This document shows, one piece after another, positions 15,591-25,195 of a stretch of 32,653 nt of DNA. The first letter of the stretch is position 1. Every line of letters begins with the position of its first letter. The notes under the pieces were generated by a model. The model saw only the letters and a program-made list of their open reading frames with translations, did no database searches and was not told the DNA's origin. A program made the translations under genes and the position numbers. Origin of the DNA: Chthoniobacteraceae bacterium. GTDB lineage: Bacteria; Verrucomicrobiota; Verrucomicrobiia; Chthoniobacterales; Chthoniobacteraceae. Location of the stretch: the NCBI GenBank assembly GCA_031409335.1, contig JANNWY010000251.1, forward strand, positions 1 through 32,653, given 5' to 3'.

Positions 15591-17450
15591 TCAACCCTGG
15601 CGGCGACGCATCCCAAGCAGCGCAGTGGCGCCGACCATCAGCAGCATGGCCGAGCCGGGTTCCGGCACGACCAGATAAACGCCGATGCCGCCGTCGCCGA
15701 TGATCGCCCCAGTCGCGGACGAGCTGGCGAAGCCTTCGTAGCCGACGAGCAGCATGTCGAATCCGCTCGGGCTGTCTGCCGCCGGGATGAAGAACATGCC
15801 TTCCGGCGAAACAAGACGGTCGCTCGCGCCGCCGAGGTAGGTATTCGAGTAGTCGAGGAAGCCCGGCGCGGAGGGATCGGTGATGTCGAAAAGCAGCAGA
15901 CCATTCTGCCGCTCGAGCGCGAGCGCGAGAATCGTCTTGCCGTCGATTTCAAAGACGCTCAGGCCTTCCGGCTCCGGGCCTTTGTCATCCGAGCGCGTGT
16001 CTGTCAGGGAAAGCGTGCCGCTGCTGATATTGTGTGCGGCAGGATCGAGGCCGAGGAGGAGTGGTTCGAGCGAGCCGGAGTCATACTTGATCACCAGCGA
16101 CCCATCGGGCTGCACTTCCCAGATGGTGTAAGACCGGGTGCCGATCATCGTGATGTCGTCGATCTTTCCATCGGCATCGGTGTCGCCATCAATCCGCGAG
16201 AGGTTCAAGCGGCCCAGCTCTGCGTTTGCGCGGATGCCGGTCGCGGTTGCCGGATAATTGTCGTCGAGAAGGCTCGGGACGGGGATCACGGCTGCGGCAT
16301 CTCCATCCATATCCGCGAGGCCGCTGGTGGTGCCGAATTTGGTGACATCGCGGTCGTCAAAGCGGGCATCACCTTCATTGGCCGTCACTAGATAGGTTTT
16401 TCCACCAGAAACATAGCTCGCGATCGTGTCGGGCATGGGCAGCCCCTTGACCGTCTTGTTGATCAACACCGCCGTGACGCTGCCGGGGCTGCCGGGGCCA
16501 TCCTGATCGGAGGCGTCGATCGTTTGCGTGATCGTCCCGAGATTATTGATCCTTTCCCACTTCTCCGTGGCGAGGTCGAAGACGCCGATTGCGTTGTTAT
16601 CCTGCAAAGTCACGTAGGCTTTCCCGCCCTTGACCGTGATGTATTCCGGCTCGATCGCCCGGAAGTCCTGATTGATCGCGAGCGTGAAGTCCGGGACGCT
16701 GTTGATGAAAGTTTGCGTCGTCCCCACTCCCACTCCCGCAACGTTGGAATTGCGGATCCCGCTCAGGCTTGCGCTGCCGACGAGATTTCCCGCGGAAAAA
16801 TCGAACGTCCTAGCCGTAGTCGTTGTGAGGTAACCGAGATTGGCGGCGGTGACGCTGGACACGTCGATGATGCTGATCGAGCCCGGTGCCTGCACGGCAG
16901 TCGCCGCCGGGTTGAATTCCCCTTCATTCGCCACGTAAATTTTCGTCCCGTCGGCGGAGAATGAAACGTTATCCGGGTGAAAGCCGACGTCGATCGTGCC
17001 GATCACAGCGCCGGTCTCGTAATTGAAATAGGCGAGCTTCCCGAGCACGTTCGTGTTGTCCGTCGGGACGATGCTCGCCACACCGAAATTGCGTCCCAGC
17101 GGATCGAGCGCGGTGCTCGTGACGGAGAGAAGCGAAGTGAGGCCGGTGTTAGTCGGATTCAGGTCGATCTGGAATCGTTCCGTCAGGCTTCCATTTGCGC
17201 CGAGGGTGAGGATCTGCACGCCGAACGTCGTCGGGACCGTGGCGCCCGTACCGTCCGTATCGCTGACATAGATTCCCGCCACCGTGAAATCGTCTGGCGT
17301 GTAGCCAACGATCTCGATGCCGCCTTGCTTGGCACCGTCGGTAAACGTGAACGTGTTGACGAGATTGAAATCAAGCGCTGCGTGGGCCGCGCTTGCGGTG
17401 GTGGCCACGGCGAGGCCGCGGAACAGGTTTTTGAACAAACGTTTTTTCAT
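15591..17450 (-). CDS. Choice-of-anchor I family (alkaline-phosphatase-associated beta-propeller) protein with PEP-CTERM sorting signal
   Basis: Signal peptide; VANEGE, IEPEYIT, MPDTIASY, VTANEGDAR, DTRSDDKGPEPEG, LALERQNG, VSPEG; ends VPEPGSAMLLMVGATALLGMRRRQG. Confidence 0.88.
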   Translation of the reverse strand: MKKRLFKNLFRGLAVATTASAAHAALDFNLVNTFTFTDGAKQGGIEIVGYTPDDFTVAGIYVSDTDGTGATVPTTFGVQILTLGANGSLTERFQIDLNPTNTGLTSLLSVTSTALDPLGRNFGVASIVPTDNTNVLGKLAYFNYETGAVIGTIDVGFHPDNVSFSADGTKIYVANEGEFNPAATAVQAPGSISIIDVSSVTAANLGYLTTTTARTFDFSAGNLVGSASLSGIRNSNVAGVGVGTTQTFINSVPDFTLAINQDFRAIEPEYITVKGGKAYVTLQDNNAIGVFDLATEKWERINNLGTITQTIDASDQDGPGSPGSVTAVLINKTVKGLPMPDTIASYVSGGKTYLVTANEGDARFDDRDVTKFGTTSGLADMDGDAAAVIPVPSLLDDNYPATATGIRANAELGRLNLSRIDGDTDADGKIDDITMIGTRSYTIWEVQPDGSLVIKYDSGSLEPLLLGLDPAAHNISSGTLSLTDTRSDDKGPEPEGLSVFEIDGKTILALALERQNGLLLFDITDPSAPGFLDYSNTYLGGASDRLVSPEGMFFIPAADSPSGFDMLLVGYEGFASSSATGAIIGDGGIGVYLVVPEPGSAMLLMVGATALLGMRRRQG

Positions 17451-17638
17451 AGTGATGATAGGTTTTTCGCGCTGGGGTGGAAGTGATGCCGGGTCTTGTG
17501 GCGGGTTCGCTGGAGGGACTCAAGGCTGGCACTGTAAAGTTCCCGCGGCATCTGTGCGGAGATCAGGTGACGGGCCGGAGACCTAGTGTCTATCAAGGTT
17601 CAGCGGGTATGCGGCACGCAGCGATTTGCCTTCATTCC

Positions 17639-17676
17639 GTCACATGGTTGTTCAGAAAACGTCACGTTTCTGTCGC
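17639..17676 (+). promoter_or_regulatory. Pho-box-like / OmpR-PhoB-family direct repeat array
   Basis: GTCAC (17639), GTTCA (17650), GTCAC (17661), GTCGC (17672) at exact 11-bp spacing in the divergent intergenic region. Confidence 0.45.
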
Positions 17677-17860
17677 CGAACGAACACACGCGCATTTCGC
17701 GGACAATGGATGAAAAGTTTTTCGAACAACCTTCGCCTTCGGCTTTGGCTCTTGCTCAAATCGTTCAACCTCGCCGACTGCCGCGCCAAGTGGAGTCATC
17801 ACATTCGCCAAACTTACCCACTGCGGGTCCGATCGCTGCTTTTCCAGCATTCGGACATCC

Positions 17861-18739
17861 ATGAAATTCACCGCCATCGCCATCGCCGCAGCTCTCGCGA
17901 TCCTCAGTCCTGCGCTCACCGCTGGCGCGCTGAAAGGCGCGACCGTGAGCCGCATCGTTAATGACGTGCAAGTGATCGCGCCGCAGGGGAAAGATCGGCG
18001 CGCCGCGGAGTGCGAAATCCTCGGCGACGATGCCAGCGTGCGCGTGGGTGCGCGGTCGCGGATGGAACTCGTTTTTGCCGATCAAACCATCGCCCGGCTG
18101 GGTGCGGAAACGGCGCTAAGATTCCAACCCGGAAAGCGCGCGCTGCGGCTCGATCGCGGCACGTTGCTGCTCCAGGTGCCGGGGTTTCGCGGCGGCGCGA
18201 GCATTCTCACCGGCCCGCTCAAGCTCTCGTGCGGCGAAGCGACGATTTTGATCGAACATCTGCCCGGCAAAAGCCTCAAGGCCGTCGTGCTCGAAGGCGA
18301 GATGCGCGTCTCGGTCGATCGTTTCCTCGGCGACAGCATCATCGTCCCTGCCGGGAAAATGCTGATCACGAGTGCCGACGTGAAACGCATTCCCGATCCC
18401 GTGGACACCGACCTGCGGACGCTCGTGACGACCTCGGCGCTGATCAATCCCAGCGCATTTCGCGGAGCGGAACCCGGGCCGGAAATCGCGCCGCTGCCGA
18501 GCCTGCCGCGGATCCTGCGGCAGATCGCGCGGCAGGAGGTGGCGCTGAATGCCAGGCGGCTGATTCGGACGAATCTGGTGATCTTTGGGAGCGGGACGAA
18601 CGTGGTGATCCCCGGCGCGGTCGATGCGTCGGTCACTTCTCAAAACCCTGAGAGCGCGGATCGCAGAACTGCGGAAATCGCGGTGGCACCGATGCCGGAG
18701 CAGCCGATGGCGATCGCGCCCGCTCTGCCAGAACCATAA
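17861..18739 (+). CDS. Secreted FecR-domain protein (short paralogue)
   Basis: Signal peptide MKFTAIAIAAALAILSPALTA; V.VG..SR.EL.F.D.TI.RLGAET...F......L.LDRG.LLL FecR pattern; VVLEG. Confidence 0.85.
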   Translation: MKFTAIAIAAALAILSPALTAGALKGATVSRIVNDVQVIAPQGKDRRAAECEILGDDASVRVGARSRMELVFADQTIARLGAETALRFQPGKRALRLDRGTLLLQVPGFRGGASILTGPLKLSCGEATILIEHLPGKSLKAVVLEGEMRVSVDRFLGDSIIVPAGKMLITSADVKRIPDPVDTDLRTLVTTSALINPSAFRGAEPGPEIAPLPSLPRILRQIARQEVALNARRLIRTNLVIFGSGTNVVIPGAVDASVTSQNPESADRRTAEIAVAPMPEQPMAIAPALPEP

Positions 18740-18799
18740 TCACCATATCTCGGCATCGGATGTGCTCGCTTGGGAGAGCGGCTGCAAACGCATCCGAAT

Positions 18800-21700
18800 A
18801 TGAAATTCACCGCTCTCCCTGCTTTCATCCTTACCGGCCTGATTTCCCACGCCCTCGCTGGCCCGCTCAAAGAGGCAAAAATCAATCAAATCGTCAACGA
18901 CGTGAAAGTGGTCGAGCCGCGCAAGGGCGCGCACCCGGCGACGCTTCAGGAATTGATCAAGGATGACCGCGGCGTCGCCACCGGGATCCAGTCGCGCGCA
19001 GAGCTGCTCTTTCAAGACAACACGCTCACGCGCCTCGGCGCGGAGACGTATTTCACGTTCCAACCCGGCACGCGGAATATCGACCTCGATCGCGGCTCGA
19101 TCCTGCTCCAAGTGCCGAAAAATCTCGGCGGCGCGCGCATCCGCGCGGCATCCGTCACGGCGTCAATCACGGGCACGACCATCATGGTCGAGCATCTGCC
19201 GGGGAAAAGCGTGAAGGTGGCCGTGCTGGAAGGCAGCCTGAACATCGGCCTGGACCGCCGGCCCGGCGAGACGGTGACGCTGCGGGCTGGGAAAATGGTG
19301 ACGCTCGATCCCAATGCGAAGGATCTGCCAAAGCCCGTGGACGTGAATCTGCGCAAGCTCGTGCTCACCTCGCCGCTCGTCGATCCGACCCTGTTCAAAG
19401 GCAAATCAAAGGCCCGCATTGCCGCGCTCCCGAGCATGGGTTTGATCGAGAAAGAGATCGCCGCGCAAATTGCGACGGTCCCCGCCGCGGACACGGCGAT
19501 GGCCGTTTTCGAGACGACCGCAGTCGCGGAAGATGCCATCAAACCGGAGACCGCGGCACCAGCGTTTGACGCCGAAAAACCAGCCACGAGCGTCGCGAAA
19601 ACAGAACTTCCGCTGCCCGCGAGCGAGCTGACACCGGAACTGGATGACTCGGACCCGCAAGCACCGGGAAAAACTCCGGCCAACCGGGGAGGTTTGACCG
19701 GACAAACGGGCGGCGTTTTAACCACCGCCACGGTGACGCCGACGGAATCTCTCGCGAACACTTCCGCAAACGCGGATACCGCGACCGGCAACGAAACGAC
19801 CAACGGCGCGCTCACCCGCACCGCGCCCGTGAGGCCCTCGGGAATCGCGACGCTGACACCACCAACGACGCCGCCAACGACGCCGCCAACGACGCCACCA
19901 ACGACGCCGCCAACAACGCCGCCAACGACGCCGCCAACAACGCCGCCGACAACGCCGCCAACAACGCCGCCAACAACGCCGCCGACGCCTACCGCGACGA
20001 ATCCCGCATTCATCACCGCGCCCAGTCCCTACGTGATCTCAAACGCAACCACGATCACGACTGGCAATCAGACGATCGCGACCAGTGGCGCGGTGGATGC
20101 GGGTGGCCTGTTCCAATCGGCGGCGGTGAACGGTTCGCCTTCCGCATTTCTTTTCGACACGCCGTCGGCCTTCGACGCGGCGAGCGGGATTGATTCCAAA
20201 TTTGGCGTGATGACCGGCGGCCCCGCGCCCGCGAACGGCGTGGCGGTCTATCGCTTTGCGGGCCTCGATATTCAGGGCGGCCCCACGACTGCCATCACTG
20301 GCGGCCTGACCGACCTCGCCCTCGTCTCGCAGTCCGGGATCACCTCCGGTTCCAGCGGTAGCGCGTGGACCCTGGACTCACTGCACTCGCTCTTTTTTGG
20401 AACCGTGAACGGACCGATTGTGATCGGCAACGAATTAAAAAAGACCTCGCTCATGTCGGGCTTCAAATATCTCCAAATGAATGCCCGTGGCAGCAGCGGC
20501 ACCGTGACGCTCGACAGCAACATCACCGTCCCATTTGCGAACCTCTACGTGGATGCGGAGCAAGGCATCACAGTTTCCAGCAACGGAAAAATCACCGCTT
20601 TCGAAACGGTGTTCAACACGCCCGGCACGATCGAAATCAACACGAGCCCGCTGGTCGCGACATTGAAGCTCAATGCAGGAACCGGCATCCGATCCACCGT
20701 CCCACTCGGAGCCGGGCTCGTCGAGATGACTGCACCGAGGCTCGAAACCACGGGCAACCTCTCGGCCGCAACCGGCTTCCTCAACATCGGCGCAGGCGGC
20801 ATCCAGGCGGGTGGCTCGACGCTGATGGGATTCGATCGCATCGACGTCGCGGGAAATGTGGAGTCCGGCACCGTCGGCGTAAGATACGCGCTCAATATTG
20901 GAGGCACATTTGCGACGCAGGCAGTGAACGGAGCCGTGAGACTGACAGCGAGCACGGTCGCGATCGGTGGCGGAATCGATCTAACGGCAGCGAACAACCA
21001 AGCCGGCGGCGCGCTCACCATCGACGCGACCGATGTGGACCTGAGCCCGGCGGGAATCAATGGCATCAAAGCTGACGGAGCTGACAGTCCACTCGCGTCC
21101 GGGGCCGGAGGCGACGGCGGCACGGTGAACCTGGGCACTTCGGCAAAACCGATTAAGAATTCCATCACGGTCTCGCGACCCATGTCCGCGACCACCGGGG
21201 CGAACGCCACGGGCGTGCTGACTGGCGGCACTGGCGGCACCGTGAACCTCGTCGCGACCGGACCGATCGCGGTGAATTCGACGGTGAAAGTCTCCGACAG
21301 CGCTCCGACCCGCGCGAGTAGGAACGGCGGAAACATCACTCTCGACAGCCGCAAAATCACCGGCACCGCCATCGCGATCAACAACTCCGGCCAGCTCCTC
21401 TCGCTCTTGAGCAGCGCTTCGCCCGGTTCGGGCGGAAACATCACCTTCGTCTCGTCCGGCGGCGACATCCTCGTCAATGGCGGCACCGTGCAGGCGGACA
21501 AAGGGACGGTCGATATGCGCAACAACGGCGCCGGCAATGTCGCGCTCACCAACGCGACCATCCGCGGCGATGTCGTGAAAATCGGCGCGCTCGGCGCGAA
21601 CGGCCAGCTCCTCATCGGCGGCGGCACGATCAGCGCCGACACGTCGCTGAAACTTTACGGCGGCACGAGCAATGGGCAGGTGCGCTTCACCGATGACGTG

Positions 21701-21910
21701 ACGCTCGGCGGCGCGAGCACAAAGATCATCGCCGGAAAAACGGTGACGATCGACAACACCAAGACCGTGACGATCGGCGGTTCCGCGGCGGCGAAAGTCT
21801 ATACCGATCGCGGAAACTACACCGGCTCGGGGGGCAACGGTTCGACGACCGGCAGCTTCGGGGGGGCTGGCGCTGGCACGCAGAGCTTCAACAAACGGCC
21901 CACCTTCTAA
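18800..21910 (+). CDS. Large secreted FecR-domain protein with Pro/Thr linker and Gly/Thr/Asn-rich (beta-helix-like) C-terminal region
   Basis: Signal peptide; VATGIQSRAELLFQDNTLTRLGAET, ASITGTT, VAVLEG; (PPTT)n linker; repeated GG.GG.V.L / GG.IT motifs. Start set at ATG 18800. Confidence 0.87.
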   Translation: MKFTALPAFILTGLISHALAGPLKEAKINQIVNDVKVVEPRKGAHPATLQELIKDDRGVATGIQSRAELLFQDNTLTRLGAETYFTFQPGTRNIDLDRGSILLQVPKNLGGARIRAASVTASITGTTIMVEHLPGKSVKVAVLEGSLNIGLDRRPGETVTLRAGKMVTLDPNAKDLPKPVDVNLRKLVLTSPLVDPTLFKGKSKARIAALPSMGLIEKEIAAQIATVPAADTAMAVFETTAVAEDAIKPETAAPAFDAEKPATSVAKTELPLPASELTPELDDSDPQAPGKTPANRGGLTGQTGGVLTTATVTPTESLANTSANADTATGNETTNGALTRTAPVRPSGIATLTPPTTPPTTPPTTPPTTPPTTPPTTPPTTPPTTPPTTPPTTPPTPTATNPAFITAPSPYVISNATTITTGNQTIATSGAVDAGGLFQSAAVNGSPSAFLFDTPSAFDAASGIDSKFGVMTGGPAPANGVAVYRFAGLDIQGGPTTAITGGLTDLALVSQSGITSGSSGSAWTLDSLHSLFFGTVNGPIVIGNELKKTSLMSGFKYLQMNARGSSGTVTLDSNITVPFANLYVDAEQGITVSSNGKITAFETVFNTPGTIEINTSPLVATLKLNAGTGIRSTVPLGAGLVEMTAPRLETTGNLSAATGFLNIGAGGIQAGGSTLMGFDRIDVAGNVESGTVGVRYALNIGGTFATQAVNGAVRLTASTVAIGGGIDLTAANNQAGGALTIDATDVDLSPAGINGIKADGADSPLASGAGGDGGTVNLGTSAKPIKNSITVSRPMSATTGANATGVLTGGTGGTVNLVATGPIAVNSTVKVSDSAPTRASRNGGNITLDSRKITGTAIAINNSGQLLSLLSSASPGSGGNITFVSSGGDILVNGGTVQADKGTVDMRNNGAGNVALTNATIRGDVVKIGALGANGQLLIGGGTISADTSLKLYGGTSNGQVRFTDDVTLGGASTKIIAGKTVTIDNTKTVTIGGSAAAKVYTDRGNYTGSGGNGSTTGSFGGAGAGTQSFNKRPTF
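19859..19990 (+). repeat. 12-bp coding tandem repeat, (PPTT)x10 + PPTP
   Basis: Eleven in-frame units of consensus CCRCCRACRACG; the first ten vary only at third codon positions and the last ends CCT. Confidence 0.95.
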
Positions 21911-23047
21911 ATGATCTCCCGCCTCGAATCCGCCGCCGAGCCGGAAACACTCTCGCAAAACCGCCTCTTCGCCGGCATCTCGACGGCGCTGCTGACGGAC
22001 ATCGGCGCGGATGTCGATCTCCTGCAATTCGACGCCGACGACGTGGTCTTCAACGAAGGCGAACCGGGCGACTGCCTGTTCCTCGTCGTCAGCGGCAGCG
22101 TGCGCATTTCCAAACTCGGCCGCGGCGGAAAACAGGAAACGCTGGGCATCATCCAGCCGGGCAATTTCTTTGGCGAAATGGCGCTCATCGACGGCCATCC
22201 GCGCTCCGCCCAGGCCACCGCCGCCGTGCCGACGATCCTCGGGAAAATCGACTCCGCCTCGTTCACCCGCATCCTCGACAATGCGCCGCGCGATCTGCAC
22301 ATGAATTTCCTGCGCTCCGTCGTCGAGCGCCTGCGCGGGATCAATTCGCACTTCATCACCGAACTCATGCGCAGCGAGCGCCTGAGCCTCGTCGGCACGA
22401 TGGCAAACTCGATCATTCACGATCTGAAGAATCCGATCCAGGCCATCCAGTCCTGCTCGGAACTCATCGCCATGCGCACGAAGGATCCCGACGTGGTCGA
22501 GTTCACCGGCATCATGCAAAAAGCCGTCGGCCAGATGACGGACATGGCGCAGGAACTCCTCGATTTCGCGCGCGGCCAGAGCAGCCTGCAAATGAAACCG
22601 CGCTCGCCAAAAGCGGTCATCAGTGAATTCGATTCGCTGCTCGTCCGGCTGCTCCCCGCCAACGTGCATCTGCTGCGCGAATTCCATTTCTGCGACGAAA
22701 TCAACGTCGATGTCGGCCGCTTTGTGCGCGTGCTGCTGAACCTCACGAAAAACTCCATTGAGGCGATGCCATCCGGCGGCGTGCTGCGGCTTGGCCTGCG
22801 GCAGACTGGCGCGTGCGCGATCTTCAGCATCGCCGACACGGGCAGCGGGATCTCGGATGAGCTGCTGGGAAAAATTTTCGAGCCCTTCGTGACTTACGGA
22901 AAATCGAAAGGCACCGGCCTCGGCATGGCCATCGCGAAAAGTGTGGTCGAGGCGCACGGCGGGACGATCTCCGTGCGGAGCAAGTCGGGCATCGGCACGA
23001 CGGTCGAAGTATCCGTACCGACGCTCGCGCAGACGATCGCGATGTAG
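21911..23047 (+). CDS. Cyclic-nucleotide-binding domain sensor histidine kinase (soluble)
   Basis: cNMP domain (F.EGE.GD.LFLV.SG.V.I; FFGEMALIDG.PRSA.A), H-box IIHDLKNPI, N-box LLNL.KNS.EAM, DTGSGI, IFEPFVT, GTGLGMAI. ATG directly follows the upstream TAA. Confidence 0.93.
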   Translation: MISRLESAAEPETLSQNRLFAGISTALLTDIGADVDLLQFDADDVVFNEGEPGDCLFLVVSGSVRISKLGRGGKQETLGIIQPGNFFGEMALIDGHPRSAQATAAVPTILGKIDSASFTRILDNAPRDLHMNFLRSVVERLRGINSHFITELMRSERLSLVGTMANSIIHDLKNPIQAIQSCSELIAMRTKDPDVVEFTGIMQKAVGQMTDMAQELLDFARGQSSLQMKPRSPKAVISEFDSLLVRLLPANVHLLREFHFCDEINVDVGRFVRVLLNLTKNSIEAMPSGGVLRLGLRQTGACAIFSIADTGSGISDELLGKIFEPFVTYGKSKGTGLGMAIAKSVVEAHGGTISVRSKSGIGTTVEVSVPTLAQTIAM

Positions 23048-23052
23048 GCGCG

Positions 23053-24939
23053 TCAGGGCAGGGTCGCGGCGACGCGATAGAAACGCGGGGCCGTGTTGTT
23101 TTCCAAAATGCTGACGGCGCCGGCGACGTCGCTCACATTCACACCGGGATCGGCAGTCCAGCCGATGCCGGTATTCCATGTGGCGACGGGTGTCCACGGC
23201 GTCGCGGCGAGGTCGTGGGTGGCTTCGACGCGAAGCGTGATGTCGGTGGCGTCGAGGTTGCGAGTGAAGGTGAAAGTGTGGGTTCCGGCGTCACTGGTTA
23301 CGACCGGCTGCTCTGCGGCGAAGGAGCGTAGCGGGTTCGCGTTGAGCGTGTATTCGAGCAGGTTCACAGTGCTGTCTGCGTCGGGGTCGTCTTCCGGGAG
23401 CGTCCCTGTCGCGCCCGCGTTTGCGCCGAATTTTCCGAGCTGCCACGCGGCGTACCCCGGCGCGACCGGGAGCGTGTAGGCGATTTGCAAGGTGGGCCGT
23501 TGGGTCGTGGTCGCGTGCTCCGACGAGTACGCGAACCAGCCGTCCGGGCCGGTGCATTGAATGACCCAGCCGTGATTCAGCGCGCCCGCGAGCATCGCCG
23601 CGATGTCGCCGGTCACGTCGAGAATGACCGGCGCATTTTCCAGTTCCGGCAAATGCGTGAACGAATCCGCGAGCACGGCATCCGTGTCGTCCACCGCGAT
23701 CCCGTCCACGAGCGAGTCCCATGTGTTGGTGTCGGTCCACGGGACGAGCATTCGGTGCGCGGAGGCGAGGTCGTCGCTGTCATCGTTCGCGCCCGCACCG
23801 GTCCAGAGGCTCAGCTTTGCGCTGACGATGATCGCGTTCAGCGGCACCTGCCCGGCGTCGGGACCGAAGAGGTTTTCAAACTTAACGAGCACCTGCGCGG
23901 GCTGATCTCCCGCCGTGACGGAATCCGTGTCGAGGTCCGCGGAAAGCAGCGTCGTCGCCGATTCGTCGGTCGTCGGCGTGGCGAGTCGGATCATCGTGTC
24001 CGCGCAATCGGCGTAGCCATTCAGCCCCAGCCGGAATCGCTTCGCCAGCACCGGCACATCGCCCGGAAGCACGCCGGTGATCGGGCGCACTTTCGCGGCG
24101 CGTCCGGCGTGCGTCGTGCCGTGCATGTCTTCGAGCGTGCGGAGAAGATTGTGCAGCGTCCAGCGCGTCGCGTTCACGGTGCCCGGCATGAGGCCCGCGC
24201 CGTAAAAGACCGTCGGGATCTTGTTCGGCCCGGAAAGATTGTCCTCATCGAAGGTGATGACGAGCAGGCTGTTGTGGGTGCGCGCCCATTGCGCGTAGGC
24301 GGTGAAGTTCGCGCGAAGCCAGTCATCGCCCATGCGGACGGTGCCGTCGTGCATGTCGTTCTGCTGATTTGGCACGACGATGGCGACATCGGGAAGCTGG
24401 GAAAAGTCGGCGGGGAAATCGAGGAAACGCGCGTTCGTATCGAAGGCGAGTTGATTCTCCGGGATCGGGTCCACGCCTTCGGCCGCCTGCCAGTTGGCCC
24501 ACGGATTATGTTTGCGGCGGTAGAGCGTGTAGGTCGTGCCGCCGATGATGATGTCCGTCCCCGTCGTGTCACGGTCGCCGATGGCTGGCAGGTCTTCGCT
24601 GTATCCGCGAAAAGTCCGTCCCGCAGCGATGAGCGCAGCGCCGAGATTTGGCACGCTCCACGGATAGGTCGCGGGCCGCGTGTTGCTCGTGACGCCCTGG
24701 TTGTCGCCGGAGAAGAACTGGATGTAGTTCGGCTGGCTCGGGTGCGTGATGGCATAGAACTCGGTGAAGTTCACACCGCCGTCGGCGAGTTCATTGATGA
24801 ACGGCGCATCCACGCGGTTGCCGAGCACCTGCGCGTAGTCGGTGTTCTCTTCGATGACGATGACGACGTGATCGTAGCGATGGGGCGCGGCATCCAAGAC
24901 GGTGGCGAGGGTGAGAAAAGCGAGGAAGAATGTGTGCAT
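23053..24939 (-). CDS. Secreted phosphoesterase-family (acid phosphatase/PLC-like) protein with a DNRLRE-like domain and C-terminal tail
   Basis: DHVVIVIEEN, THPSQPNY..FSG, YRRKHNPW, NDMHDG, LLVITFDE; then DT.I...P, I.SAKL.L, LDVT, NHGW, SSE....RP.L.I.Y; tail D.DAD...NLLEY...NP...RFYRV. Start set at ATG 24939. Confidence 0.87.
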   Translation of the reverse strand: MHTFFLAFLTLATVLDAAPHRYDHVVIVIEENTDYAQVLGNRVDAPFINELADGGVNFTEFYAITHPSQPNYIQFFSGDNQGVTSNTRPATYPWSVPNLGAALIAAGRTFRGYSEDLPAIGDRDTTGTDIIIGGTTYTLYRRKHNPWANWQAAEGVDPIPENQLAFDTNARFLDFPADFSQLPDVAIVVPNQQNDMHDGTVRMGDDWLRANFTAYAQWARTHNSLLVITFDEDNLSGPNKIPTVFYGAGLMPGTVNATRWTLHNLLRTLEDMHGTTHAGRAAKVRPITGVLPGDVPVLAKRFRLGLNGYADCADTMIRLATPTTDESATTLLSADLDTDSVTAGDQPAQVLVKFENLFGPDAGQVPLNAIIVSAKLSLWTGAGANDDSDDLASAHRMLVPWTDTNTWDSLVDGIAVDDTDAVLADSFTHLPELENAPVILDVTGDIAAMLAGALNHGWVIQCTGPDGWFAYSSEHATTTQRPTLQIAYTLPVAPGYAAWQLGKFGANAGATGTLPEDDPDADSTVNLLEYTLNANPLRSFAAEQPVVTSDAGTHTFTFTRNLDATDITLRVEATHDLAATPWTPVATWNTGIGWTADPGVNVSDVAGAVSILENNTAPRFYRVAATLP

Positions 24940-25195
24940 GAACGTGAACTGCGGGATGCGGAATGCGGGACCGCATTCGCACGTTGGGATAGGCAATGAA
25001 GGTGACTTGGCAAAGGAGGAAACGTTACGGAACGGGCGGGCGGTTGGGTCAGGTTTTTTCGCTTCGCAAAACACCAGCGGACATCCCGTGAACAAGATGA
25101 CGCCTTCTGTAAGCCAAAAAAACCGGTGCGAGAGTTCGCACCCGGAATATGTTGCGGCCCCGTTTTTTCAATCCCCGCCTTCCCTCCCTCGCCCA

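Noticed and set aside
17586..17961. Short ORFs upstream of the first FecR gene
   Set aside because: No recognisable features; they overlap the putative regulatory region and the FecR start.
24902..25195. N-terminal extensions of ORFs 24902-32053 and 23053-25095 (likewise 13386-13526 for the cyclase)
   Set aside because: They would overlap divergent genes; downstream ATGs give proper signal peptides or TM starts.
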